Source of the DNA: Deltaproteobacteria bacterium
GTDB lineage: Bacteria > Myxococcota > Kuafuiibacteriia > Kuafuiibacteriales > Kuafuiibacteriaceae
DNA length: 64,000 nt
Direction of reading: 5' to 3'
NCBI GenBank assembly: GCA_040218735.1
Contig: JAVJQW010000008.1
Span: forward strand, 447,147-511,146
The position numbers and the translations under genes were made by a program. Under the pieces are notes generated by a model. That model was not told the origin of the DNA. It did not search any database and was given only the letters and a program-made list of their open reading frames with translations. Numbering within the stretch: position 1 is the first letter of the stretch; every line of letters begins with the position of its first letter. Positions 10,391 through 19,931 of this stretch are shown here, in pieces.

Positions 10391-10580
10391 TTACTCGATG
10401 GCCTTCGAAGTCGGCATGCCGCGAACCCCTTCGACGTCGGCGCTCGATGCGCGCGCCCCTCGACGCTGGCGTGCATCTCGCTCGCTTCGATCCGGCGGAG
10501 GAACCGGGTTCACCCGGGGAGGTGCGGCGGGTCTCAGCGGCGCGCCGGAGCACGGTGAGCGCGCGCGGACTTCGCGGCGC
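10391..10580 (-). pseudogene. Degenerate duplicate of the 3' end of the adjacent kinase gene
   Basis: 10428-10445 equals 10726-10743 (18/18); 10474-10502 matches 10743-10771 (27/29); 10537-10551 equals 10807-10821; 10392-10401 equals 10687-10696. Confidence 0.75.
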
Positions 10581-10685
10581 CTCGGGGGGCGTCACGGGCG
10601 CGCCGGGGACGGCTCCTCCGGGCGTACGTTCGCGGCGCGCTGCCTGCCCGCAGGGACGTGCGTTGGCCGTGGCTCCCCCGGCGGC

Positions 10686-12737
10686 CTACTCGATGGACTT
10701 CAGCGCGCGCACGCACGCCGCGAGGCCTTCGACGTCGGCGCTCATCTCGCTCGCCTCGATCCTGCGGAGGAGGCGGGTGCGCGCGGGGCCGTCGGGGCGG
10801 GACTTCGCGGCGCGCCGGAGCGCGTCGCCGAGCGCGGCGACGCGGGTGAGGTCGGCCGGCGCCGCGCGGGCGGCGGAGAGGGCGCGGTCGACCTCGGGGA
10901 ATCGGTTCGACTCGGCGGGGCGCTTGCGGCCGCCCACGCGGGCGTCGTTGCCCGAGCCGTGCGCTCGGCCGTCGTTGCCCGAGCCGTTCGCTCGGCCGTC
11001 GCCTCGCGCGGCGTTCGCTTGGCCGTCGCCGTGACCGCCGCTCGCATCGCCGTCGCCGTGACCGCCGCTCGCATCGCCATCGCCTCGGGCGGCGTTCGCT
11101 CGGCCGTCGCCTCGGGCGGCGTTCGCTTGGCCGTCGCCGTGACCGCCGCTCGCATCGCCGTCGCCGTGACCGCCGCTCGCATCGCCGTCGCCTCGGGCGG
11201 CGTTCGCTCGGCCGTCGCCGTGACCGCCGCTCGCATCGCCGTCGCCGTGACCGCCGCTCGCATCGCCGTCGCCTCGGGCGCCGTTCGCGCCCTCCCGGCG
11301 CGGGCCGTTGGCTTCGCGGTCGCTCCTGCCTGCGCCGACATCCCCGCCGCTCACCGCTCGCACCGCGTCTTGGTCACGGCGTTCGGCGTCGAGCGCGCGC
11401 GCCTCGTTCGCCGTGCCGCGGCCGACGTCGTTCGCGATCGCGCTGCCGTTCGCGTCTTCTTCGCCCACCCGGCCGCGTGGCGCGACGCGAGGCCCTGGCG
11501 CGGCTGCGCTCTGCGTCGACGGCGCGGCCGCCTCCTCCGCACCCCCCCGCGGCCACACCGCGAACCCCACGCCGGCGGCGACCGCCAGCGCCCCCGCCGC
11601 GAGGATCCACCGCCCCGCCGGGCCTGGCGCGTCGCGCACGACGCTCGCCATCTGGGCGTCGAGCATGTCCGGCGTGTCGACGGGGTTCGTCGCGGTCGCG
11701 TCGAGGTTCGCGAGGAGCGGCGTGGGATCGGGATCCGTCACGCCTGGATCCGGGCTCACGTCGACGATCTGCGAGATCACCGCGTAGATCGTCGTCCCCC
11801 GCGCGCCCCCGAGCTCACGCAGCAGCGGCCGCGCTGCGTCCGCCAGCTCGGCGGCGCTCGCGTAGCGCTCCGCCGGATCGATCGCGAGCGCCCGCGCCAC
11901 CACGTCATCCAGCGGCAGCGGCAACCCTTCGCGTGCGTCACTCGGCTTCGGCCTCGGTCCCCCGAGGATCCGCCCCGTCACGCGCGGCAGCGCGTTCGAA
12001 GCCAACCGCAGCGGCGGCTTGTAGGCGCGCGCCGGGCGCCCGTCCGCGTCGACGATGAACGCTCGCGCCGCCGTGATCAGCTCGAAGAGGATTGCGCCGA
12101 GCCCGAAGACGTCGCTCCGCGTGTCCGCGCGCTCACCGCGCACTTGCTCCGGCGACGCGTAATGCAGCGACCCGACGATACGCCCGACCGTCGTCGCGTC
12201 GCGCCCGGTGGGCGTGAGGATCCGCGCCACGCCGAGGTCGAGCAGCTTCACGTACGCGCGTCCGCCGCGCCGCACGAACATCACGTTGCTCGGCTTCAGG
12301 TCGCGGTGCACGACCCCCTGCTCGTGGATGTAGTGCACCGCAGAGCACAGCTCGTCGAAGACACGCTCCGCCTCGGCGGCGTCGAGGTGCTCGTCGCGCT
12401 GTGAGCACTGCTTGAGCACGCGCGCGAGCGGGACGCCGTCCACGTAATCCATCGCGAGGTACGCGCGCGACTCGGTCATCGAGAACCCGAGCGGCCGCAC
12501 GATGCTCGGGTGATCGAGTCGCGCGAGCAGCTCCGCCTCCTGCTCGAACCGCTCGCGGACGACCGCGCCGATCTCGAGCACGCGCGGATGCAACACCTTC
12601 AGCGCGACCTGACGCCCGAGCGCGTCCGCGCTCTCGTCGGTCGCCAGCCACACTTCACCGAACCCTCCGGATCCGAGGCGGCGCAGCGTCACGTAGCGGT
12701 CGTCGATCCGCGTGCCCGGCGCGATCTTCTCGGTCAT
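10686..12737 (-). CDS. Membrane Ser/Thr protein kinase with low-complexity extracytoplasmic repeats
   Basis: LGSGGFGEVW, VALK, HRDLKPSN, DLG and SPE motifs; TM helix WILAAGALAVAAGVGFAVW. Confidence 0.92.
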   Translation of the reverse strand: MTEKIAPGTRIDDRYVTLRRLGSGGFGEVWLATDESADALGRQVALKVLHPRVLEIGAVVRERFEQEAELLARLDHPSIVRPLGFSMTESRAYLAMDYVDGVPLARVLKQCSQRDEHLDAAEAERVFDELCSAVHYIHEQGVVHRDLKPSNVMFVRRGGRAYVKLLDLGVARILTPTGRDATTVGRIVGSLHYASPEQVRGERADTRSDVFGLGAILFELITAARAFIVDADGRPARAYKPPLRLASNALPRVTGRILGGPRPKPSDAREGLPLPLDDVVARALAIDPAERYASAAELADAARPLLRELGGARGTTIYAVISQIVDVSPDPGVTDPDPTPLLANLDATATNPVDTPDMLDAQMASVVRDAPGPAGRWILAAGALAVAAGVGFAVWPRGGAEEAAAPSTQSAAAPGPRVAPRGRVGEEDANGSAIANDVGRGTANEARALDAERRDQDAVRAVSGGDVGAGRSDREANGPRREGANGARGDGDASGGHGDGDASGGHGDGRANAARGDGDASGGHGDGDASGGHGDGQANAARGDGRANAARGDGDASGGHGDGDASGGHGDGQANAARGDGRANGSGNDGRAHGSGNDARVGGRKRPAESNRFPEVDRALSAARAAPADLTRVAALGDALRRAAKSRPDGPARTRLLRRIEASEMSADVEGLAACVRALKSIE
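10940..11290. repeat. In-frame 27-bp tandem repeats (GDGDASGGH / GDGRANAAR units)
   Basis: Units GCCGTCGCCGTGACCGCCGCTCGCATC and GCCGTCGCCTCGGGCGGCGTTCGCTCG are interleaved with no unique spacers. Confidence 0.85.
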
Positions 12738-13642
12738 GGCATCCGCGAGATCTCGAAGCGATCGATCCCGAACCGCCGCGCCCCGCGCCGCACCTGCACG
12801 ATCCCCGCGCCGCCCAACACCCCCGCCGCCAGCAGCTGCTCACGCGCCTTGTGGATCGCGACGTTCAGGCCGTTCGAATCCATGCGCAGCATCTTCGACA
12901 GCGCGTCACGCTTCACCCAACCGCGCTCGTCTTCGGGGCGGTCCTGCTCCTTCTCACGCAGCCGCGCGAGCGTCAGGAGCACGTACCCGTGCCACGCGGG
13001 CTCGAGCGCGGTGAGGCGACCGCGGTGGACGACGTCGATCTGCACGCGCTCCTCGTCGCGGCTCACCGCGAAGCGCAGCGTGATCGTATCGATCGTCGGC
13101 GACGACTGGAACGCCGGCGTGCCTTCGAACAGCTCCGGCAGGTGCACCGTCCACGTGTGGCCGCCCGCCGTGACGGTGTCGCCGTCCTCGACCGCGCCTT
13201 CGTCGTCGCCTTCGATGCGCCAGTCGCCCTGGTTGTCCTGGAAGATCGAGAGGTCCGGGTGCTCGGCGTCGGGCAGCACGAGGAGCCCGTCGCGGCCCGC
13301 GGCGATCACGCCGTCGGCGCGCTCGGCGAAGACACTCGGCGCGTCGGCCTCCGTGACCTCCCACGCTTCGTCGACGTCGCCGAACGCGAGCCGCGAGCCG
13401 ACGTCGATCGTCACGGTCTCCCCGGCGACGAGCATGTTGCCGTCGACGAAGGTCCCGTTGCGGCTCCCGAGATCGCGGATCTCCCACGCGCCGTCGCCCC
13501 AGCGCACGAGCGCGTGTTCGAGGGAGACACACGCGGTGTCGATCGTGAGCCCCGCGTCCGAAGCACGTCCGACGCGGAGCCGCGAGGTCACGTGTGCCTC
13601 GCGTCCGTCCCGCACGCTTCGGAGTGTCGCCACGCGCGCCAT
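12734..13642 (-). CDS. FHA-domain protein with possible C-terminal DNA-binding domain
   Basis: VGR...VSLEHA...DLGSRNGTFVDG FHA signature; stop overlaps the kinase ATG. Confidence 0.88.
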   Translation of the reverse strand: MARVATLRSVRDGREAHVTSRLRVGRASDAGLTIDTACVSLEHALVRWGDGAWEIRDLGSRNGTFVDGNMLVAGETVTIDVGSRLAFGDVDEAWEVTEADAPSVFAERADGVIAAGRDGLLVLPDAEHPDLSIFQDNQGDWRIEGDDEGAVEDGDTVTAGGHTWTVHLPELFEGTPAFQSSPTIDTITLRFAVSRDEERVQIDVVHRGRLTALEPAWHGYVLLTLARLREKEQDRPEDERGWVKRDALSKMLRMDSNGLNVAIHKAREQLLAAGVLGGAGIVQVRRGARRFGIDRFEISRMP

Positions 13643-13666
13643 GATAGCGCGTGACGGCGACGTGGG

Positions 13667-14587
13667 TCAGTACTTCTCGGGGACGTAGAGGTTGTCGGGG
13701 AGCGTCTTGCGCTCGTAGTTGGGGTTGTGCTCACGCTCGGGGAGGATGACGTCCTCCTGCGGGACCTCGTCGTACGGGACCTGATCGAGGAGGTGACTGA
13801 TGCAGTTGAGGCGCGCGCGCTTCTTGTCGTTCGCTTCGACGATCCACCACGGCGCCTCCGGGATGTTCGTCCGCTCGAGCATCTCCTCCTTCGCCTTCGT
13901 GTAGTCCTCCCAGCGGATGCGCGACTCGAGATCCATCGGGCTCAGCTTCCACTGCTTCATCGGATCGTGGATGCGCATCAGGAAGCGGTACTGCTGCTCC
14001 TGGTCGCTGATCGAGAACCAGTACTTCACGAGCTTGATCCCGGAGCGCACCAGCATGCGCTCGAACTCCGGCACGTCGCGGAAGAACGTCTCGACTTCGT
14101 CGGGCGTCGCGAACCCCATCACGCGCTCGACGCCCGCGCGGTTGTACCAAGAGCGATCGAACAGGACCATCTCACCGCCCGAGGGGAGGTGCGGCACGTA
14201 GCGCTGGAAGTACCACGCCGTCTTCTCGCGCTCGCTCGGCGCGGGCAGCGCGACCGTGCGACACACCCGCGGGTCGAGGCGCTGCGTGATGCGCTTGATG
14301 ACGCCGCCCTTGCCGGCCGCGTCGCGCCCCTCGAAGAGGATGACGAGCTTGTAGCCGGTGTTCGCGACCCAGTCGTGCAGCTTCACGAGCTCGGACTGGA
14401 GCGTGAACAACGCCTGGAAGTACGTCCGCCGGTCGATCGCCGAGTGGTGCTCGGACTTCAGCGCCGCATCGACGGCCGCCTCGCGCCGCCCGTCGGCGAG
14501 CTCGAGCTCGAACTCCTCGTCGAAGCTGTCGGCGAGCTCCTGCTGCACCCACTCGTGTACCTCGGAGCGCTTGGGATCTTCGGACAT
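13667..14587 (-). CDS. ppk2: Polyphosphate kinase 2
   Basis: FEGRDAAGKGG, WYFQRY, FDRSWYNRAGVE, KQWKLSPMD. Confidence 0.96.
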   Translation of the reverse strand: MSEDPKRSEVHEWVQQELADSFDEEFELELADGRREAAVDAALKSEHHSAIDRRTYFQALFTLQSELVKLHDWVANTGYKLVILFEGRDAAGKGGVIKRITQRLDPRVCRTVALPAPSEREKTAWYFQRYVPHLPSGGEMVLFDRSWYNRAGVERVMGFATPDEVETFFRDVPEFERMLVRSGIKLVKYWFSISDQEQQYRFLMRIHDPMKQWKLSPMDLESRIRWEDYTKAKEEMLERTNIPEAPWWIVEANDKKRARLNCISHLLDQVPYDEVPQEDVILPEREHNPNYERKTLPDNLYVPEKY

Positions 14588-14608
14588 GGGTGATTCATAG
14601 CGCCCGGG

Positions 14609-15949
14609 TCAGTCCAAGACCACCCAAGCCACCTGATTGGAACCGGTCGCGATGTTGCCGCCGCCCATCATGATCCCGTCTTCGAACGAAGCCATCAGGT
14701 TCAGGTCCACGCCGACGGTCGCGTCGACCGGGCAGTCGACGCTGCCTTCGTGGAACTGGCCGAGGATGCCGTTCGCGCCGCCGTAGAGGATCGCGTCCCC
14801 GAAGATCCCCGCAGCCTCCAGGGTGCGGGCGATCGGGGGACCGCGGCGGAGCCACTCGCGAGATCGAGGATCGAGCGTGGTGTAGATGAAGCCGAGGTCG
14901 GTGCCGATCACGAGGCCGAGGCGAGGGTGGACGGTCACCGCCGAGCATCGGTTGTCGAGCGGCGGCGTCACGCGGTCGAACGTGCCGTCCGGATCGAGCA
15001 CCCAGATCGTAGCGCTCCCGTCGATCGCGACCACCGATCCGTCACGCAACTCGGCGAGTGCGGCGTTCGACGAAGTCGCCCCGTTCGACGGGACGGATAC
15101 CTCGTCGAGCAAGGCCCAAGCGCCGTCGTGACGGTAGATGCGCGTGACCGTCGACGACTCCGTGAGCGCGACCGCAAACACCACCGCTTCTCGTGTGACG
15201 AGCAGCGCCTCGACGCTGAAGCCGGCGGCGTCCGCGATCGACAGGTCGTTCTGGGGGACGAGTGGAGGGCCGAAGAGGATGCGTCCGCCGCCGCCACCGA
15301 GCCAGAGGTTGCCATCGCGATCCATCGTCCCCGCGCGGCCCGGGAAACCGTCGAGCTGCGGTCGCGCCGTGATCCCGTCGCGCGTCGCCGTGACGAAGCG
15401 TCGGCTGCGTGTACCGACGAGCGCCTGGTCGTCGTCGATCGCCAGGATGATCTCGATGTTCGCCGGATCCTGAATCGGGTACTGCACGGCGAAGACCTGG
15501 CGACACAGATCGATCTCCACGCACGAGTCGTCGCTCACGATCAGGTGCGAGACGATCGTCCCCGGGATGTCGGCCGGCGGGATGTTGATCCAGTCCGACA
15601 CCGCGCGGTCGCGCAGGTCCGCGCGCCGAACGACCGCCGGGCGACCGAGCGCGCAGGGGCGCTCGTCGGGGCCCGCCGCGAACAGCTGACCGCCGACCAT
15701 CTCGAAGTCGTCGAGCGACTGGTCGTAGTCGAGCGCGTACAGCTGCACGTCGTCGGCCGCGAGGTCTCGGGTGAACTGCGCCTGGACGATCTCCCGATCG
15801 TCGAGCTGGAACGCGAAGGCCTCCACGCCGCCGTCGTCCACCGCAGCGAGGATTCGGGTTTGGTGGACCGGATCCGCCGCGGGGCTCGGCACGAACAGCT
15901 CGACATCGCCCCCGCAGCCGGCCAAGAGCCCTAGCGCGACGCCGACCAA
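14609..15949 (-). CDS. Lipoprotein, probable beta-propeller
   Basis: Lipobox VALGLLAGC; repeated beta/Gly-Trp segments. TTG start at 15949 is inferred; the longer track ORF is antisense to fumC. Confidence 0.68.
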   Translation of the reverse strand: MVGVALGLLAGCGGDVELFVPSPAADPVHQTRILAAVDDGGVEAFAFQLDDREIVQAQFTRDLAADDVQLYALDYDQSLDDFEMVGGQLFAAGPDERPCALGRPAVVRRADLRDRAVSDWINIPPADIPGTIVSHLIVSDDSCVEIDLCRQVFAVQYPIQDPANIEIILAIDDDQALVGTRSRRFVTATRDGITARPQLDGFPGRAGTMDRDGNLWLGGGGGRILFGPPLVPQNDLSIADAAGFSVEALLVTREAVVFAVALTESSTVTRIYRHDGAWALLDEVSVPSNGATSSNAALAELRDGSVVAIDGSATIWVLDPDGTFDRVTPPLDNRCSAVTVHPRLGLVIGTDLGFIYTTLDPRSREWLRRGPPIARTLEAAGIFGDAILYGGANGILGQFHEGSVDCPVDATVGVDLNLMASFEDGIMMGGGNIATGSNQVAWVVLD

Positions 15950-15979
15950 ACCTGCTACAGCGGCGGCGAAAGAGAGACC

Positions 15980-17383
15980 ATGGCCAACGAGACCCGCACC
16001 GAATCCGACAGCTTTGGACCCATCGAGGTCCCCGCCGACAAGTATTGGGGCGCGCAGACGCAACGTTCGCTCGAAAACTTCCGCATCGGCGAAGAGCACT
16101 TCCCGCGCATCTTCATCCGCGCGTACGGGATCGTGAAGCAATCGGCGGCGGATGTGAACGGGGCCGCCGGTCAGATCCCCGAGAAGTACCAGAAGGTCAT
16201 CGCCGACGCCGCCCAGGAGGTTATTGACGGAAAGCTCGACGACAACTTCCCGCTCGTTGTCTGGCAGACCGGCAGCGGCACCCAGACCAATATGAACGTC
16301 AACGAGGTCATCGCGAACCGCGCCAACGAGATGCTCGGGATGGCGCTCGGCGCGAAGGACGGCGTGCACCCGAACGACCACGTCAACCGCGCGCAGTCCA
16401 CGAACGACAGCTTCCCGACCGCCATGCACGTCGCCGCCGGACTCGCCGTGAAGGAGCAGCTCCTCCCCGAGCTCGACGCGCTCGCGAAGGTCTTCGAGGC
16501 GAAGGCCGACGAATTCAAGGACATCATCAAGATCGGCCGCACCCACCTGCAGGACGCGACGCCGCTGTCGCTCGGGCAGGAGATCTCCGGCTGGGCCGCG
16601 CAGCTCCGTCACGCGATGGCCGCGGTCGAAGCGACGCTCCCGCAGATCTACGAGCTCGCGATGGGCGGCACCGCGGTGGGCACTGGCCTCAACACGGTCG
16701 AGGGGTACGCGGAGGGCGTCGCCGCGGCGATCGCGAAGCGCACCAACCTCCCGTTCGTCACCGCGCCGAACAAGTTCGCGGCGCTCGCCGGGCACGACGC
16801 GATCGTCGGCCTCTCCGGCGCGCTCAAGCAGGTCGCGTGCGCGATGATGAAGATCGCAAACGACGTCCGCTGGCTCGCGAGCGGCCCGCGCTGCGGCCTC
16901 GGCGAGCTGCGCATCCCCGAGAACGAGCCCGGCAGCTCCATCATGCCCGGCAAGGTGAACCCGACGCAGTGCGAGGCGGTGACGATGCTGTGCTGCCGCG
17001 TCATCGGGAACGACGCCGGCATCGGCGTCGCCGGCTCGCAGGGCAACTTCGAGCTGAACGTCTACAAGCCGATGATGGTGCACTCGGTGCTCGAGTCGAT
17101 CCGCATCCTCGGCGACGGCACGCGCTCGTTCCGCACCAACTGCGCCGAGGGCATCGAGCCCAACCGCGAGCGCATCGACGCGCTGCTCCACGAGTCGCTG
17201 ATGCTCGTCACGGCGCTCAACCCGCACATCGGCTACGACAAGGCCGCGCAGGTCGCGAAGAAGGCCTACAAAGAGGGCACGACCCTCGTGCAGGCCATCA
17301 CCGCGCTCGGCTACATGGACGCCGACGAGTTCAAGCGCGTCGTGAAGCCCGAGCTGATGATCGGGCCCAAGCCGAAGTCCTGA
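15980..17383 (+). CDS. fumC: Fumarate hydratase class II
   Basis: [35 protein letters not shown] and the [11 protein letters not shown] signature. Confidence 0.97.
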   Translation: MANETRTESDSFGPIEVPADKYWGAQTQRSLENFRIGEEHFPRIFIRAYGIVKQSAADVNGAAGQIPEKYQKVIADAAQEVIDGKLDDNFPLVVWQTGSGTQTNMNVNEVIANRANEMLGMALGAKDGVHPNDHVNRAQSTNDSFPTAMHVAAGLAVKEQLLPELDALAKVFEAKADEFKDIIKIGRTHLQDATPLSLGQEISGWAAQLRHAMAAVEATLPQIYELAMGGTAVGTGLNTVEGYAEGVAAAIAKRTNLPFVTAPNKFAALAGHDAIVGLSGALKQVACAMMKIANDVRWLASGPRCGLGELRIPENEPGSSIMPGKVNPTQCEAVTMLCCRVIGNDAGIGVAGSQGNFELNVYKPMMVHSVLESIRILGDGTRSFRTNCAEGIEPNRERIDALLHESLMLVTALNPHIGYDKAAQVAKKAYKEGTTLVQAITALGYMDADEFKRVVKPELMIGPKPKS

Positions 17384-17395
17384 TCCGCGCGCCCC

Positions 17396-19762
17396 TCACG
17401 GGGCGTTGGCGAGCCCGTAGTTCAAGACGGTCGTGCTGTCCGCGTACCGCTGCGCGCTCGTCGATCCGAGCACGACCGAGATGACGTCCGCCGACCCGTC
17501 GTTCGCCGCGGCGACGAGGCAGGCGCCCGCGAGATCCGTCGTGCCGGTCTTCACTCCGTAGGCCGACGCCATGAAGTTGCTGCTCTGGTTGCAGGTCTGC
17601 AGGCCGGTCCCGCGAAGGTGGCGGTTCGAGTTGCAGAAGGTTCGGAACACCGTCGTCGACGTCCCGCGCGACCAGCGCATCCGAGCCTCGGGCGTCGCGA
17701 CGAGGTTTCGAAGCCTCCAGTCGGCGTTCAGCGCGAAGTCTGCGAGCCGCGCCATGTCGCGCGCCGTCGAGTAGTGCGCGCACGCGGTGACGTCGGGTTG
17801 GAACCCGTTGCACCCTGCGATGAAGTCCTCCGGATCGCGCCCGTGGGGGGATGTGAAGCTCGTGTCGTCGAGGCCGAGCTGCCGCGCGCGGGCGTTCATG
17901 CGGGCGACGAACGCAGCCTCGCTCCCGGCGACCCGGCGCGCGAGCACGATGGCGGCGTCGTTCCCCGACGGCAACATGAGGCCGATCAGCAGGTTGCCGA
18001 GCGTGACGACGTCACCGGATCGGAACCCGACTACGCTCGTCGTCCCGACGATCGCGGGGTCCACCTCGGCGGCACGGACACGCGCGGTCGACGACAGGGT
18101 GACCTCACCGCGGTTGACCGCCTCGTACACGAGCAGCGCGGTCATGATCTTCGTCGTGCTCGCCATGGGCACCCGTTTGTCGGGGTTCTTGGCCCCGATG
18201 ATGCGGCCCGTGGCGCGGTTCATCACGATGGCCGCATCGGCGGTGAGGCTCGGTAACGCCGGTTCGATGTCACCCGCGAAGACGGCGCCCGCGGCGTTCT
18301 TGCCGTCCACCGACTCCGAGGGCGCGCCGATCGCCAGGTTGTCCTTTCCGTCGTTGTCGAAGTCACCCGCGACCAACGCGTCGCCGAAGCCGTCGCCGTC
18401 TTCCTCCACGCCACCGAAGACGCGCTGCGTGAGGTAGTAGGCGCGCGGCGGGCTCAGGCTCGCGTTGCTCCCGAAGAACACAAACGTCGCGCCGTTGTCC
18501 GTGCGGCCTTCGATGTCCTCGCCCGGCGCACCGACGGCGAGATCGTCGAAGCCATCGTCGTCGAAGTCGCCCACGGCGAGCGCGCGGCCGAACTCGTCAC
18601 CGGCTTCGTTGCTCGCGTCACCGGAGTTCTGCGTCAGCCATTCGACGTTCGCCGGCAGCAGCCCCTGGGAGGCGCCGCGGAAGATCGCAATCATGCCACT
18701 GTTCGACTGTCCGCTGCTGTCCTTGCTCGGAACTCCGATCGCGAGATCGTCGAAGCCGTTCGCGTTGAAGTCACCGATCGCCAGCACACTCCCGAAGCGG
18801 TCGTCAGCGTCTCGGGTTTGGCTCGGGACGGACAGCATGGTGAACACCTCGGTCTGCGCCGGAAGCAAGCCCGCCGCCGAACCGTGGAACGCCACGACCA
18901 TGCCGGCGTCCGTCGCGCTCCCGAAGTTCTGGTCGGGGACCCCGACGATCAGATCGTCGAAGGGGCTCCCGTTGATGTTGCCCGCCGCCAACGCGACGCC
19001 GAAGTGATCGCCGGATTCGTTGGTGTGTCCGGGCACCGAGCTCTGCGTGAAGTACTCGGTGCTCGCGGAGTAGAGGCCGCCCGATGCGCCGTAGAAGACC
19101 GCGACCGCTCCCGCGCCGAAGACGCCCGAGACACCTTCGTTCGGTGCGCCCACGGCGAGGTCGTCACAGCCCGCGCCGTTGAAGTTCCCGGCCGCCAGCG
19201 CGTGGCCGAAACCGTCGTTGGTCTCGGGGCTCATCCCCGAGACCGAAGCCTGGGAGTGGCTGGAAGCGCCTTCGAGGCCCGAGCTCGAGCCGTGGAAGAC
19301 AAAGACGCGACCGGCCCCCACTTGGCCGCCCACGGTGCGGCCGGGCGCGCCGATCGCGAGATCCGGGAAGTTGTCGCAGCCGAACTCGCCGACGACCGCC
19401 GACGCCCCGAAGCGATCGTACGCCTCCCGAAGCATCCCGAAGTGCGTGGGGTCGAGCCATTGGACGCCGCCGGATCCGGGCCCCGTCGGTCCACCGTAGA
19501 AGACCATCACGTGCCCCGTGTCGGTCCCGCCGTAGTCTTCTTGGGGGGCCGCGACGACGAGATCGTCGAACCCGTCGAGGTCGAAGTCCGCCGAGGCGAG
19601 TGTGTCTCCGAAGCGGTCGTAGGCCTCGACGGTGCCGCCGCCGTCGTCTTGGGTGAGCACTTGATCGCGATAGCCGCCGACGTGGGCCGAATGGGTGTCG
19701 ACGTCGAGCGGGGCGCCGCAGGCGGTGGCGGCGATGGCGAGGAGGCAAAGGTGACGTGTCAT
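17396..19762 (-). CDS. Lipoprotein: 7 FG-GAP repeats fused to a D-alanyl-D-alanine carboxypeptidase (peptidase S11)
   Basis: Lipobox LLAIAATAC; seven FG..L..GDF..DG..DL.IGAP repeats; ASTTK (SxxK), SGN (SxN) and KTG motifs. Confidence 0.88.
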   Translation of the reverse strand: MTRHLCLLAIAATACGAPLDVDTHSAHVGGYRDQVLTQDDGGGTVEAYDRFGDTLASADFDLDGFDDLVVAAPQEDYGGTDTGHVMVFYGGPTGPGSGGVQWLDPTHFGMLREAYDRFGASAVVGEFGCDNFPDLAIGAPGRTVGGQVGAGRVFVFHGSSSGLEGASSHSQASVSGMSPETNDGFGHALAAGNFNGAGCDDLAVGAPNEGVSGVFGAGAVAVFYGASGGLYSASTEYFTQSSVPGHTNESGDHFGVALAAGNINGSPFDDLIVGVPDQNFGSATDAGMVVAFHGSAAGLLPAQTEVFTMLSVPSQTRDADDRFGSVLAIGDFNANGFDDLAIGVPSKDSSGQSNSGMIAIFRGASQGLLPANVEWLTQNSGDASNEAGDEFGRALAVGDFDDDGFDDLAVGAPGEDIEGRTDNGATFVFFGSNASLSPPRAYYLTQRVFGGVEEDGDGFGDALVAGDFDNDGKDNLAIGAPSESVDGKNAAGAVFAGDIEPALPSLTADAAIVMNRATGRIIGAKNPDKRVPMASTTKIMTALLVYEAVNRGEVTLSSTARVRAAEVDPAIVGTTSVVGFRSGDVVTLGNLLIGLMLPSGNDAAIVLARRVAGSEAAFVARMNARARQLGLDDTSFTSPHGRDPEDFIAGCNGFQPDVTACAHYSTARDMARLADFALNADWRLRNLVATPEARMRWSRGTSTTVFRTFCNSNRHLRGTGLQTCNQSSNFMASAYGVKTGTTDLAGACLVAAANDGSADVISVVLGSTSAQRYADSTTVLNYGLANAP

Positions 19763-19931
19763 GGTTCGCCCGCTGAGCACCGACCGTGCCAGCGGGATGG
19801 CGTGGTGGAACGCCGCGATTGGGCGCTCCGGGGCGTCGCGCGCACGTGCGGCGGGCGTGCGCGCACGACGCGTCGGCACGAACTTCTGACCGATCCTTTT
19901 CGTCGGGGCGGTCGTATCGTACGTGTCGTCG

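Noticed and set aside
10940-11290. 27-bp repeats as a CRISPR array
   Set aside because: No unique spacers, in frame within a kinase gene, and no cas genes.
15950-17227. N-terminal half of the 872-aa minus-strand ORF
   Set aside because: Antisense to fumC; the lipobox marks the true start near 15949.
17390-17405. Hairpin CGCCCC-TCAC-GGGGCG between convergent genes as a terminator
   Set aside because: Short stem with no U-tract; likely by chance at this GC content.
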